Source: a virus (lineage: Duplodnaviria > Caudoviricetes). From it: 39,438 nucleotides of DNA. The notes beneath the pieces are model-generated. The model was not told the origin of the DNA. It did not search any database and was given only the letters and a program-made list of their open reading frames with translations. Numbering within the stretch: position 1 is the stretch's first letter; every line of letters starts with the position of its first letter. The stretch spans positions 1 to 39,438 of IMG/VR virus record IMGVR_UViG_3300021510_000002; one strand, given 5' to 3'. Shown in pieces: positions 15,213-24,469 of the stretch. Position numbers and translations under genes: made by a program.

Positions 15213-15242
15213 TTGACATCTTAAATCGAATCTTGATAAATT
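15213..15242 (+). promoter_or_regulatory. antisense sigma70-like promoter
   Basis: TTGACA-18 nt-TAAATT with TG extension, opposite to the leftward operon. Confidence 0.55.
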
Positions 15243-15246
15243 GTCT

Positions 15247-15351
15247 GGCGCAGTCATCGGTAACGCGATAGCTGTCAACAATGCCGCCCGATAACTCATG
15301 GACGACATCAAAAAGAGACTGCGCTGGCACTCCGCTGGCGCAGTTTTCTTT
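15247..15351 (+). ncRNA. candidate ~100-nt antisense small RNA
   Basis: Begins at the predicted start site; 5' GCGCAGTC can pair with GACTGCGC 15317-15324; ends in an ACTGCGC/GCGCAGT hairpin plus TTTCTTT. Confidence 0.5.
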
Positions 15352-15353
15352 GC

Positions 15354-15536
15354 CTACCTGCACCTCTCACAAAGCAGGAACCCATGATATTCCGCATTGC
15401 GCAGTGTAACCTCTGCCTTGCCATCCGTGAATGCCGTAAAGCTCTGCCCTGGCCTAATTGAACCGCTCTCGTCCACGTAATCATGCCTAGCACAAAACAG
15501 CCGCCTCTTGGTGTCATTCACCATCATTCGTTTCAT
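15354..15536 (-). CDS. hypothetical Zn-binding protein
   Basis: GGAGG RBS; CARH...CERC. Confidence 0.6.
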   Translation of the reverse strand: MKRMMVNDTKRRLFCARHDYVDESGSIRPGQSFTAFTDGKAEVTLRNAEYHGFLLCERCR

Positions 15537-15763
15537 AGTGCCTCCTTGTTTCCCATCCTTGCCACCCAAGACAATCCATGCTTGCCTTGAGGCCTTCCGG
15601 CCTTGCCTCTGATTAAGCCTTCTGCCAATGCCTCCCACCATCCTTCAATTCGTGATACCAGTCTTTGCAAAGTGCCGAATAATGAAGCTCTGTCTCTTCG
15701 CAATGCGCGCATTTCTTCGGTGCTACGATCTTCCTGCCTAATACCTCGCTCATTTTATCCCCC

Positions 15764-15916
15764 CTATTGTTCGCAGTAGTCCTTGTTTATGAACTCTTGG
15801 GCAATTCTAGAGACTTCCCTCATCGGCAATACCTCGTTCGATGTACCACACTTTATAAACATTTCCAGCAGTTGAACTGCCTTGTCCAAACACTGTGTTT
15901 CCGTCATTGGTTTCAT
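15764..15916 (-). CDS. 50-aa hypothetical protein (MKPMT...)
   Basis: GGAGG RBS before ATG15916. Confidence 0.55.
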   Translation of the reverse strand: MKPMTETQCLDKAVQLLEMFIKCGTSNEVLPMREVSRIAQEFINKDYCEQ

Positions 15917-16038
15917 ATTGCCTCCCTTGTTTATCCCCACAGCCAACCCCTTGCCGTTTGACTAGGACTTGGAACCTAGCTTGTGCATTACGCCGGAGGG
16001 CTTCCACTTGCCCGCTCCGGTTCCTCTGCGGAGGAAAC

Positions 16039-16920
16039 TTAAACGTGTACGAACTCCTGCGCCACGCTATAAGCTCTCTCCTTCAACTGCAATCCGCCTC
16101 CCAAAACACTTGATGTTAAGCGGTCATTATCACCACGTGTTGAAATATGGTGATCGGCATATTCTGTTACGCCATTGTATACATCCCATAGAGACCGGCC
16201 ATTATTCCCACGCCCCCTAATACCAAGCGCCAGAATATCCTCGGCCTTGTTTTCTGTTCTCGTCTCTATCTTCTGCGGATCATCGACTTTCAGCACCCGT
16301 AAAACATAAGCCCTCGCTGCCTGACTTGTAATAAGCGTGTTGGCCATTTTACGAGCATTTTCTGCCATTTCAGACCCGAATATCCTTGCCACTTCTAACA
16401 GCTCCCTGCCGTTATTTATGGCAATCTTTGCATTCTCCGTGTGCTTCACGTTAAACGCAAAACAGGTATTCGGCCTGACAAGCCCATTTTTACACACCAG
16501 CCGGTTCATAACCAACCTGGCCGATAGTTTCTCTGATCCATCATGAGAAGTAACAACCCTAATCAGCGTTTCAATATCATCGCCAACCCTGATTGTATGT
16601 TTATCTTCCCTAGTCAATGACAGATCAACAGATATCACGCGCCCTTGCTTATAGGAATTAGCTGACTTATAGATAACCTCGCCGTTATCCACGAATGAAT
16701 CAAGGAACCCGAACACCTCTTCATTTTGGATAGGAACATAACGATTGCCGACAATACCCAACACTTGCCCGTTATCTTCCCTGACGATTGCTTTCGCGTC
16801 ATCATATTGCCTGATGTCATCTTGCATTCTATAAAGTACATCATGCTTTGCTATCTTCCAGTTTAAACCCGCCGCTATGATCGCTTCCTTTGCAGTTTTA
16901 ATAACGCTCTGATATACCAT
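16039..16920 (-). CDS. DUF932 (TIGR03299-like) phage/plasmid protein
   Basis: AGLNW, LGIVGNRYVPIQNEE, TSHDGS, RLVCKNG, KHT, SLWDVYNGVTEY. Confidence 0.9.
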   Translation of the reverse strand: MVYQSVIKTAKEAIIAAGLNWKIAKHDVLYRMQDDIRQYDDAKAIVREDNGQVLGIVGNRYVPIQNEEVFGFLDSFVDNGEVIYKSANSYKQGRVISVDLSLTREDKHTIRVGDDIETLIRVVTSHDGSEKLSARLVMNRLVCKNGLVRPNTCFAFNVKHTENAKIAINNGRELLEVARIFGSEMAENARKMANTLITSQAARAYVLRVLKVDDPQKIETRTENKAEDILALGIRGRGNNGRSLWDVYNGVTEYADHHISTRGDNDRLTSSVLGGGLQLKERAYSVAQEFVHV

Positions 16921-17049
16921 TTCATACCTCCGCAGATTTACTTCGATTATGAGACCGCCTATTTTCTTATGACAATCAATCGACTGTCCGGCTCGCCGTC
17001 TCGTTACTTACAAAGAACCAATTTACCAACCTATGTGTAGCATACTCCA

Positions 17050-17214
17050 CTAAACCATCTTCTTTAATGCTTCCGTCAATATTGCACCAAGCTTAGACTG
17101 CTTTGAATTGTCCACGTTGTTTCTCATTGCCGCGTGTATTTTGCATAGCGGCGTCCTATCTTTTCCAACAAGATATTTCGCCTCTTTCTTACAAGCATTG
17201 CATTGACTTTTCAT
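17050..17214 (-). CDS. 54-aa Zn-finger micro-protein
   Basis: CNAC...CKIH; first gene after the leftward promoter. Confidence 0.6.
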   Translation of the reverse strand: MKSQCNACKKEAKYLVGKDRTPLCKIHAAMRNNVDNSKQSKLGAILTEALKKMV

Positions 17215-17245
17215 TTTAGATCCCCTGTTATTAAATCTAGTGTGT

Positions 17246-17274
17246 AGCATACTCCGCATACTCCGCATTGTCAA
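17246..17274 (-). promoter_or_regulatory. major leftward (early) promoter with internal tandem repeat
   Basis: TTGACA-17 nt-TATGCT; spacer carries ATGCGGAGT twice; 15-bp copy of the -10 region at 17034-17048. Confidence 0.7.
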
Positions 17275-17324
17275 GAGAAATCTGCTACGCACGTGAAAAT
17301 TGTCTATCACCTAACATTTCCCAC

Positions 17325-17354
17325 TTGCCACCGTTTAACTCAATTTGATATACT
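17325..17354 (+). promoter_or_regulatory. rightward promoter predicting a leaderless terS mRNA
   Basis: TTGCCA-18 nt-TATACT with TG extension, 6 nt before ATG17361; no SD. Confidence 0.55.
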
Positions 17355-17360
17355 GCCAGC

Positions 17361-17894
17361 ATGGACATAGAATCCGCGCCGGCTTCTGAGGTCCCGTCCC
17401 AAAATCCCCTTTCGAGAGATTCAATACCTGTAAATAGCACAGTCACAGACGCTTTAGATCCCACTTTAGAAGTCTTTAAACGTCCTTTAAACGGCTCTTC
17501 CAGGATCTTTACCAGTACTTCAGACCGCAACAAAGCCTTGATCGAGCGGTATAAGGAAGGTTTGCGCTTGAAGGACATAGCCATAGAATTCGGGATATCA
17601 GAAGTACGCGTTTCACAAATCATTAAAGCAAGTCATGCGTTGATAGCAATCGATCAAGAAATGGAGAAAGTGAGAAGATTTAGAAGGATGAAACAATGCG
17701 AAATGAGAGGATTAAAGACGATTGCGCCTCGAACATCGCATGATTTAGTGGAAATATTGAATGCCCAACGCATGGAATTAGAAGGAAATGATAATCAATC
17801 TCAATCAACAGTTATCAATAACACTCAAGTTATAGTCACCGGCGTTGAGAACCAGTCTCAATTGTGGGAATTCACTAGGAAATTGTTGGGCTAG
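17361..17894 (+). CDS. terS: HTH protein, probable terminase small subunit
   Basis: LKDIAIEFGISEVRVSQII HTH; VINNTQVIV tail; upstream of terL. Confidence 0.65.
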   Translation: MDIESAPASEVPSQNPLSRDSIPVNSTVTDALDPTLEVFKRPLNGSSRIFTSTSDRNKALIERYKEGLRLKDIAIEFGISEVRVSQIIKASHALIAIDQEMEKVRRFRRMKQCEMRGLKTIAPRTSHDLVEILNAQRMELEGNDNQSQSTVINNTQVIVTGVENQSQLWEFTRKLLG

Positions 17895-18092
17895 TCTGAT
17901 CTAACTGTTGAACTGAGTATCGCGTAATAATAATTGGTCCATTAACACGCTCTCGTAGAATACTTGACACAATCTGGATTATAGGACATTGACTTAATCA
18001 AGTATTAGTACTACTAAGCATAAGTTACCAATACTTATAGCATTACCATGTTAATAGAATATCTGGACCTGGTAGAAATTTCTTGGCCGGAA

Positions 18093-18295
18093 GGGGTACC
18101 CCACCCCCCTGAAATGAGGGCGGGGGGATAATTGGAATAGAGCCTCTCCCAATTTTTATATAATTTTGTGAGACTCCCTCCCAATTTTTATATTTTTTTC
18201 TGTGCAGAGCATGTGGACGATATGAATCAAATTGCCGGGAATGAGCTGCACAAATTGTCGGACTAGGCGAGAAGCTGGATGAATCAAATTGCCGG
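18093..18295. repeat. palindrome and direct repeats between terS and terL (candidate packaging region)
   Basis: GGGGTACCCC 18093-18102; 16-bp repeat 18146-18161/18178-18193; 17-bp repeat 18222-18238/18279-18295. Confidence 0.75.
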
Positions 18296-20013
18296 ATGAA
18301 CCAAAACCCCTCTTGTACATCGCGCCGCATTCTAGTAAGAGACTAGACCCCGAAGCAGCGCATCTAAAAAACCTGGAAGAATGGAACCAGGCCCATCCTA
18401 AGCACGCGGTGCCCATTCCTCTGCCGCCCGAACCGGAACGACCCGAACCTGCCGTTGACACGACCTACGGAGGGAAGTTCTATTCGAAAGATCTGTACCA
18501 GAACACTAAGGACCGGCTTAACCTTCTTATGGCCGCGGAAAAGAAGTGGGATCTGAGGAAAGTCCAGATCCAGATGTGTAAGAACGATGTGCTCTACTGG
18601 GTGAATCAGTATTCGGTTACCTACAATCCTCGTGTCACACCTTCTGTCATTCCGTTCATCACTTATGACTATGAAGACACTCTCATCACATCCATCTGGG
18701 AGCACATTAGAGACCAGAAGGACATCTTAATTGATAAGTCCCGCGACATGGGAGTGACATGGTGTGTGCTTGCGGTATTCACATGGTACTGGTTATTTGG
18801 AGGAGAGGGTCAGGACTTTCTAGTCGGAAGCCGCAAAGAACAGTATATCGACGTCATGGGAAATATGGATACACTCCTTGAGAAAGTAAGATTCCTACTC
18901 CACAACCTTCCCAAATGGATGCTGCCGGACACTTTTGATTGGAAGAGTCACTCAAACTACATGAGGCTTCTTAATCCCGCCACGAAGTCCACGATAACCG
19001 GCGAGGCCACAAACAATAATTTCTCAAGAGGCGGCAGGAGACGCGCCATCTTCTTTGATGAGTTCGCATTCTGGGAATGTGATTCGTCAGCTTGGCGTGC
19101 CTCAGCCGACTCCACAAACTGCCGGATAGTTGTTTCCACACCTCACGGCTTCAATAACCAGTTCGCGAAATTAAGACATTCCGGCATCATTGACATTAAA
19201 TCTCTCCACTGGAGACTCCATCCCGACAAGGATGATGCCTGGTACCAAAACGAATGTAAGAGACGTAACCATGATCAGGTTGAGATCGCTCAAGAACTGG
19301 ACATTAACTATGAAGGAAGTGAGGAAGGAATTTTATTCGAGTTTCAGGACTTAAAGAAGTCGGTCCAGAATGAGCCCATGTTATCACCTGACAGAATAGT
19401 CGTCTCACTGGACCCGGCCGGTGAGGGAGAAGACGAGGCGGTCTTCTACGTTTGTAATAATGGCCAGATCGTTGAGCGTAAATTCATCCAGACCTCCACC
19501 GACCCTCAGCTTGCCGCGGAAGCAATCCTCCTCATCACAAAGTATAAGGCCCAGGTTTTTATCTCAGACTCCATTGGTAACTCGGTAGCCGATCTCGTGG
19601 TGCAACTCTTGGCTCGGAACGATCGAGGTGTGAAAGTAATCAAGTTTAAGTCCTCTGAGAAGTCAAAAGACCCCACTTATTTTAACCGCCGTGATGAGGT
19701 CTATCACAAGGCCAGTGTGCAAATGAAAGCAGGCCTTATCCAGGTAGATGATGACTATACCTTGATGAAGCAGCTTAATGCCACGAAGTATAAGAAGGAT
19801 AACGGCAGGATCTACATCTCATCTAAAGAAGAGATAAAGCCTCTTATCGGCTCCTCCCCAGACCGTGCTGACTCATGGGTCCTGGCGGTAGAAGGCCTCC
19901 GATACACCCACTCTTTAAAGGAAGTCAAGCAGCAGGAAGGCTACCGCTCAGTTGTTCACTTTGATGAAGTCAGGTCCGGCGAGGAATATGGCGACTGGGG
20001 GGATCAGCTCTGA
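18289..20013 (+). CDS. terL: terminase large subunit
   Basis: KSRDMGVTW Walker A, IFFDEFAF Walker B, VSTPHG, SLDPAGEGED and SPDRADS nuclease motifs. Confidence 0.95.
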   Translation: MPDEPKPLLYIAPHSSKRLDPEAAHLKNLEEWNQAHPKHAVPIPLPPEPERPEPAVDTTYGGKFYSKDLYQNTKDRLNLLMAAEKKWDLRKVQIQMCKNDVLYWVNQYSVTYNPRVTPSVIPFITYDYEDTLITSIWEHIRDQKDILIDKSRDMGVTWCVLAVFTWYWLFGGEGQDFLVGSRKEQYIDVMGNMDTLLEKVRFLLHNLPKWMLPDTFDWKSHSNYMRLLNPATKSTITGEATNNNFSRGGRRRAIFFDEFAFWECDSSAWRASADSTNCRIVVSTPHGFNNQFAKLRHSGIIDIKSLHWRLHPDKDDAWYQNECKRRNHDQVEIAQELDINYEGSEEGILFEFQDLKKSVQNEPMLSPDRIVVSLDPAGEGEDEAVFYVCNNGQIVERKFIQTSTDPQLAAEAILLITKYKAQVFISDSIGNSVADLVVQLLARNDRGVKVIKFKSSEKSKDPTYFNRRDEVYHKASVQMKAGLIQVDDDYTLMKQLNATKYKKDNGRIYISSKEEIKPLIGSSPDRADSWVLAVEGLRYTHSLKEVKQQEGYRSVVHFDEVRSGEEYGDWGDQL

Positions 20014-20045
20014 ATAAGAAACATTCTGATATCATAGGCTCTCAC

Positions 20046-20243
20046 ATGCAAGACCCCTTCTTTGATGATTACCGTCAGGAGGTGGATACAGCCTGTAGTA
20101 TAATTGAATTAGTCGACAGACAAAAAGGAACCTCAGTCACTCTCATGATCGATAAAGTATTCCTTAAGCGAATAATCCACTCTCACATCTCCTACATAAG
20201 AAGTATCGAGCAAGATGCTGCCGGACATAAATATGCCCACTAA
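20046..20243 (+). CDS. hypothetical protein
   Basis: 65 aa filling the terL-portal gap. Confidence 0.55.
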   Translation: MQDPFFDDYRQEVDTACSIIELVDRQKGTSVTLMIDKVFLKRIIHSHISYIRSIEQDAAGHKYAH

Positions 20244-20257
20244 ACAGGACAATAAGA

Positions 20258-22432
20258 TTGCCAACTGAAATTGATCCGCAAGAGAAGACAGAAAAGCTCT
20301 CTCTTCATGACTCTGAGCGATACGCTTTCATCAGGAAACTTGCCCAAAAAGTAAGGCAGGACGACCAAGACCGCCAGGTCTGGAAAGATAAACAAGTCGT
20401 AGCCTATAACGCAAGGCTTGGCTTAAAGCGCCGCACAAACCGCCCATATCCTGGTGCCTCTGAAGTACCCATCCCCATCACAGACAAATTTATCGTGAAG
20501 CTTAAATCCATGTTCGTGTCTGTCGCGACCTTGATGAAAAAACAGATCGTTGTGACCTTAGATGACGGAGAAGTAAAGACTCCTGAAACGAAGATGAGTG
20601 CCAATAAAATTGAGCAGGCACTAAACAATCTTGTCAAGAAACGGGACTTCGGCTGGGCCAAGAAAGTTACGCTATTTGTCGACTACTTCCTGGAGAACGG
20701 CCACGCGGTATTTAAGATCATAGAGAAATTCTTCTCAAAGACCATAAACCGGAAGATAAACATCGAGGATAACTTCTCTATTGAGGACCTGAAACTCTTA
20801 AAGACCCTAAAGAAAGAGGAATTACGCCAGGTCCTAGCACAGCGTGAGGAGATGGATATTGAGGACAAAGATGACCTCCGTGAGATAGATAAGGCTATTG
20901 AACAATTCAGGTCCGGTAAGAAGGTCCTTACATTCACAAAGAAGGAGATCTATTCCGAACCCACCGTTATCCCAGAGCGTGGCCTCCGGATTATCGTGCC
21001 GTCCTCAGGCACCGAAACCCAACGCCTGCCCCGCATCACCCACGACATGTGGATGACCTACCAGGAATTAAGAGATAAGGCCGATAAGGGTATATATGAC
21101 AAGAAGACTGTAGATTCCTTAGATCCCGAGGGAGGTGTGACAGATGACGGTCTGACAAACACCTCCTGGGCGGTATCAGAAGGCCTCTCCACAATGGACA
21201 CAAAGTCCGGTCTATTCAATGTCAGGGAATCCCAGACCTGGTATGACAATACAAAGTGGGTCTTTACCTGGATCGAGGAAGGCGGTCATACTCCTGACAA
21301 GAATGAGACCCCCATTCATGACTTAAGAGTGTTGCAGGAGCTGGAGTTTCCCTATGACCACGGAATGTGGACTTATGTGAAGCACGACTATGAAGTGAAG
21401 AATACCCGCTGGTACTCAAGCCGCGGTGTGCCTGAGAAGATCAGAGGGCTCCACCAGACCATTGAGAAGATGTATAACGCAAGGCTCATCCGGGATGAGC
21501 TGAATAATGCTCCCATGTGGAGGGTCTCAAAGCAGCTCGGCATGGCGGGAGACGAGATCCGCATGCGTCCCGGCCAAGTCATCCAGGGAGAACCCGGCGA
21601 GATCGAGATGCTGAATAAAGGTATCACAACCGATGTCTCATCCGAGCGCCTTGAGCAACAAGCCAAAGCCTACGCAGAAGAATACCTCTCCATCACAGAC
21701 TTCTCACAGCGCAATGCCGTCAACCAAGGCTCAGCTCGCACCGCAACTGAAATCCAGGCAATCAATCAGGCCTCCACAAGACAAGTCAACATGGATATTG
21801 CTCTCTTCTTAGATACTCTGTCAGAAGTAGCCCAGCACATGTATCTTATCTTAAAACAGGCCGTTGACCGCCCCATGAAGGTGGCCGGTGTATTACTCAG
21901 GCCGGAAGACTTCCTGGTAAAAACAATCGTTTCCTGGTCAGGCTCCTTAGACGCCACCGACTCCCAAATGCAGCAGGCCCGAGCCATCCAGCGAATGCAA
22001 ACCATCATGCAGTACGGCCAGCCGGTAGGAGTCGTGACCCCAACCAACATATTCAACATGCTGCAGAACTTAATCGACATGGATCCCGATGTAGACCAGA
22101 CGTCCAAGTTTATTACAACCCCAGAGGACGTTCAGCTATCTGAGCTTGAAGAACAGCAATCAGAGATCGTCCGTATGTTAAACGGCTTTGATGTGCCAGT
22201 ATCTCCCGACGACAACGACGCTATTCACCTACAAGTCATCGAGGAATGGGCTCACTCCCCTCAAGGCTCTGAAGCCATGAAGAACCCAGGCTTTGCCAAT
22301 CTCATGAATAAACACGCCTCTATTCACATCCAATCCGAACAGATGAAAAATGGCATCAAAACGCAAAACGCCCAAGGTAGCCAAGGTTCCCTCGGCGACC
22401 CAAGGGCCGCTAAAGTTAAACAAGCCGTTTAA
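20258..22432 (+). CDS. portal protein
   Basis: 724 aa after terL; PYPGAS, YSSRGVPE, RTATEI motifs and Q-rich tail as in P22-like portals. Confidence 0.9.
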   Translation: MPTEIDPQEKTEKLSLHDSERYAFIRKLAQKVRQDDQDRQVWKDKQVVAYNARLGLKRRTNRPYPGASEVPIPITDKFIVKLKSMFVSVATLMKKQIVVTLDDGEVKTPETKMSANKIEQALNNLVKKRDFGWAKKVTLFVDYFLENGHAVFKIIEKFFSKTINRKINIEDNFSIEDLKLLKTLKKEELRQVLAQREEMDIEDKDDLREIDKAIEQFRSGKKVLTFTKKEIYSEPTVIPERGLRIIVPSSGTETQRLPRITHDMWMTYQELRDKADKGIYDKKTVDSLDPEGGVTDDGLTNTSWAVSEGLSTMDTKSGLFNVRESQTWYDNTKWVFTWIEEGGHTPDKNETPIHDLRVLQELEFPYDHGMWTYVKHDYEVKNTRWYSSRGVPEKIRGLHQTIEKMYNARLIRDELNNAPMWRVSKQLGMAGDEIRMRPGQVIQGEPGEIEMLNKGITTDVSSERLEQQAKAYAEEYLSITDFSQRNAVNQGSARTATEIQAINQASTRQVNMDIALFLDTLSEVAQHMYLILKQAVDRPMKVAGVLLRPEDFLVKTIVSWSGSLDATDSQMQQARAIQRMQTIMQYGQPVGVVTPTNIFNMLQNLIDMDPDVDQTSKFITTPEDVQLSELEEQQSEIVRMLNGFDVPVSPDDNDAIHLQVIEEWAHSPQGSEAMKNPGFANLMNKHASIHIQSEQMKNGIKTQNAQGSQGSLGDPRAAKVKQAV

Positions 22433-22796
22433 GTCCGAGGATAAGCCTCTTAAGTCTGTAGACGCCCTTATCAGGGAAAACGGGGACTTAGTCTCAGCTC
22501 TATTCTCCTCCCCCGTATGGAAGGAGATCTTAGAGCCTCTTATCGAAGAAGGTATCGCCTCTGTTTCAGGGCGCCTTACAAACGGACGATATCAACATGG
22601 AGACCTAACGAGGACCGAATCAAACAGGGGAAGTTTCCTGGCAGGCTACCAGAAGGCTTTGATGGACTTCCACAATTACTTGGACGACTTTGTGGTGGCC
22701 CGGAATAAACTGACTCAAGCTAAAAAACAAGAAGAGTCTGAGAAGACTGCTCCCATTTATAACCCCTTCATGGAGGATGAGACTAGTGACAACTAA
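22350..22796 (+). CDS. hypothetical head-region protein
   Basis: 148 aa helical protein overlapping the portal 3' end. Confidence 0.65.
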   Translation: MASKRKTPKVAKVPSATQGPLKLNKPFKSEDKPLKSVDALIRENGDLVSALFSSPVWKEILEPLIEEGIASVSGRLTNGRYQHGDLTRTESNRGSFLAGYQKALMDFHNYLDDFVVARNKLTQAKKQEESEKTAPIYNPFMEDETSDN

Positions 22797-22983
22797 ACTG
22801 AATGTGAATAAGATCATTGATGCCATGAAAGATGCCGCAAAGCTTAAGAAAATAGAGACAGCTCTATCAAAGAAGCCTCTTTCCGTAAACACCAAGCCTC
22901 CCTACCGTGAACGCAACATGATGCAGGAGGCCATCGATATGGGCTCTCACAAGGCCGCTGAAATATTCAAGGATGTTGTATGA
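22777..22983 (+). CDS. hypothetical protein
   Basis: 68 aa in a chain of overlapping genes. Confidence 0.55.
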   Translation: MRLVTTKLNVNKIIDAMKDAAKLKKIETALSKKPLSVNTKPPYRERNMMQEAIDMGSHKAAEIFKDVV

Positions 22984-23162
22984 GTCATAAAACCTCTGAA
23001 TATGAGTTTGCCAGAAAGATTATGAAGCGTGAGAGGAAAGAGCCCAACGTCTATTCCACTAACCGTAAGATCGCGATGGTAAAACGCATCCAGAAAGAAT
23101 TCGGAACTTCGGGCCTCAAAGAATTCACCCATGAGTTCAGGAAGGACCTTGAAACTCTTTGA
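22980..23162 (+). CDS. hypothetical basic protein
   Basis: ATGA overlap; AAGGA upstream. Confidence 0.55.
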   Translation: MSHKTSEYEFARKIMKRERKEPNVYSTNRKIAMVKRIQKEFGTSGLKEFTHEFRKDLETL

Positions 23163-23353
23163 GTAAGATCCCAGAGCGCTTAACCCTTGAGATCATCCGC
23201 TGGATGGAAGATAAGCGCTACGGTCACCTCCAGATCAATTTCATGAACGGCAAGATCACAAACATTAACCGCGTTGAATCCATAAAAGTTGAGTCTGCCG
23301 GAAACTTCATTGGTGACGTAAAAGTCTCTTCCGAGCTTTCCACATCGCCCTAA
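23159..23353 (+). CDS. DUF2292/YezD-like small protein
   Basis: RYGHLQINFMNGKITNINRVESIK pattern. Confidence 0.65.
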   Translation: MSKIPERLTLEIIRWMEDKRYGHLQINFMNGKITNINRVESIKVESAGNFIGDVKVSSELSTSP

Positions 23354-23466
23354 AGTTTGGAGCCTCTGATACAATAATTCTAGTACAGACCTTCTCACCT
23401 AGAGTCTTTAAACCGGTGTGAGCTTTAAAGTCTTCTTGGAAGACTAAAAATTCCTTGGGAGTCGTG

Positions 23467-24453
23467 ATGACCGAAGAACCAAAGGCCGCTGAGACGCCCG
23501 ATAAACCTGAAGTCTCTGCCGATGAATCGCTCATTGATAATCCTCGTCAGAAAGTAGAAGAAGAGGTCATAACCCAGAACGAGCTTGTTCCTGAAAAAGA
23601 GACTGCTCCGGAAGAGAAACTTGAAGTAAAGACTGAAGAGAAGAAGCTTGATAGTGAAGGCAAAAAACTTGATGCTTCACTCTCTGAAGTCGACCGGATC
23701 AAAGCCTCCGTGCAGAAACGCATCAATCAGGTTGTGGCCCAGAAGAAGACCCGGGAAGATGAATTAGCCGAGGCGAGAGCCGAGATCCAAAGGCTTAAGT
23801 CTCAAAAGCCTGAAGCTACCCCTGCCTCCGATAAGAAGGATGACACCCCTCCGACCATAGAACAGGTCGAGGCCTACATCCTAAAGATGGCCGAGGAAGG
23901 CAACAAGAAAGAAGAGATTGCCGCAACTCGCTACCTTATCAAGCTTGAAAAAGAAGCTGCAATTAAAGAGGTGGAAGATCGGCAGGCCAACATAAAGAGG
24001 GAAGCAGAAGACCGCTCACGCCGTGAAAACGACGCCCTTCTTGACCTGGCCAAGGACTACATCGCCTATAACGACAAAGGTGAGGTTGACATGTCACACG
24101 ACCTTACCTTAGCCAACCAAAAAGGCAAACTCTTCCAGGTTGCGATGGCGCTCTATAACGATCCGGAGCTCCATAAACTCTACTATAACGATCCTGACCG
24201 CCCTACGGCACTCAGGAGAGCTACTGCCGATGCTTATCGTGAACTTCATCAACAAGGAATTATAAAGACTCCCAAGGACGATGGACTGGAAGCCATGAGA
24301 CGCAATAAACGATCTCTGGCTGAACCCGACGCCACAGAAATTGAAGACGTGACTTCGACCGGCTCCAATCTCCTCTCTGATGCCGAAAAGGTAAGAGAAG
24401 AAATCAAACTTAGGAACCAACTGCGAAACTCTCGCAAACCTTCCTCCAGATAG
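23467..24453 (+). CDS. capsid scaffolding protein
   Basis: Acidic disordered N-terminus, VQKRINQVV coiled coil, directly upstream of the capsid gene; GGAG RBS. Confidence 0.8.
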   Translation: MTEEPKAAETPDKPEVSADESLIDNPRQKVEEEVITQNELVPEKETAPEEKLEVKTEEKKLDSEGKKLDASLSEVDRIKASVQKRINQVVAQKKTREDELAEARAEIQRLKSQKPEATPASDKKDDTPPTIEQVEAYILKMAEEGNKKEEIAATRYLIKLEKEAAIKEVEDRQANIKREAEDRSRRENDALLDLAKDYIAYNDKGEVDMSHDLTLANQKGKLFQVAMALYNDPELHKLYYNDPDRPTALRRATADAYRELHQQGIIKTPKDDGLEAMRRNKRSLAEPDATEIEDVTSTGSNLLSDAEKVREEIKLRNQLRNSRKPSSR

Positions 24454-24469
24454 AAAGTTTGGAGTAAAC

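Noticed and set aside
15139-15363. 74-aa minus-strand ORF
   Set aside because: It spans the promoter, repeats and hairpins of the sRNA locus and has no protein-like motif; better explained as non-coding, though a leader peptide is not excluded.
18043-18461. Minus-strand ORFs in the terS-terL gap
   Set aside because: Low-complexity translations of repeats, antisense to the late operon.
23354-23466. Structured leader upstream of the scaffold gene
   Set aside because: Only short AT-rich stems (CTTTAAA/TTTAAAG) are visible; too weak to call without folding or conservation data.
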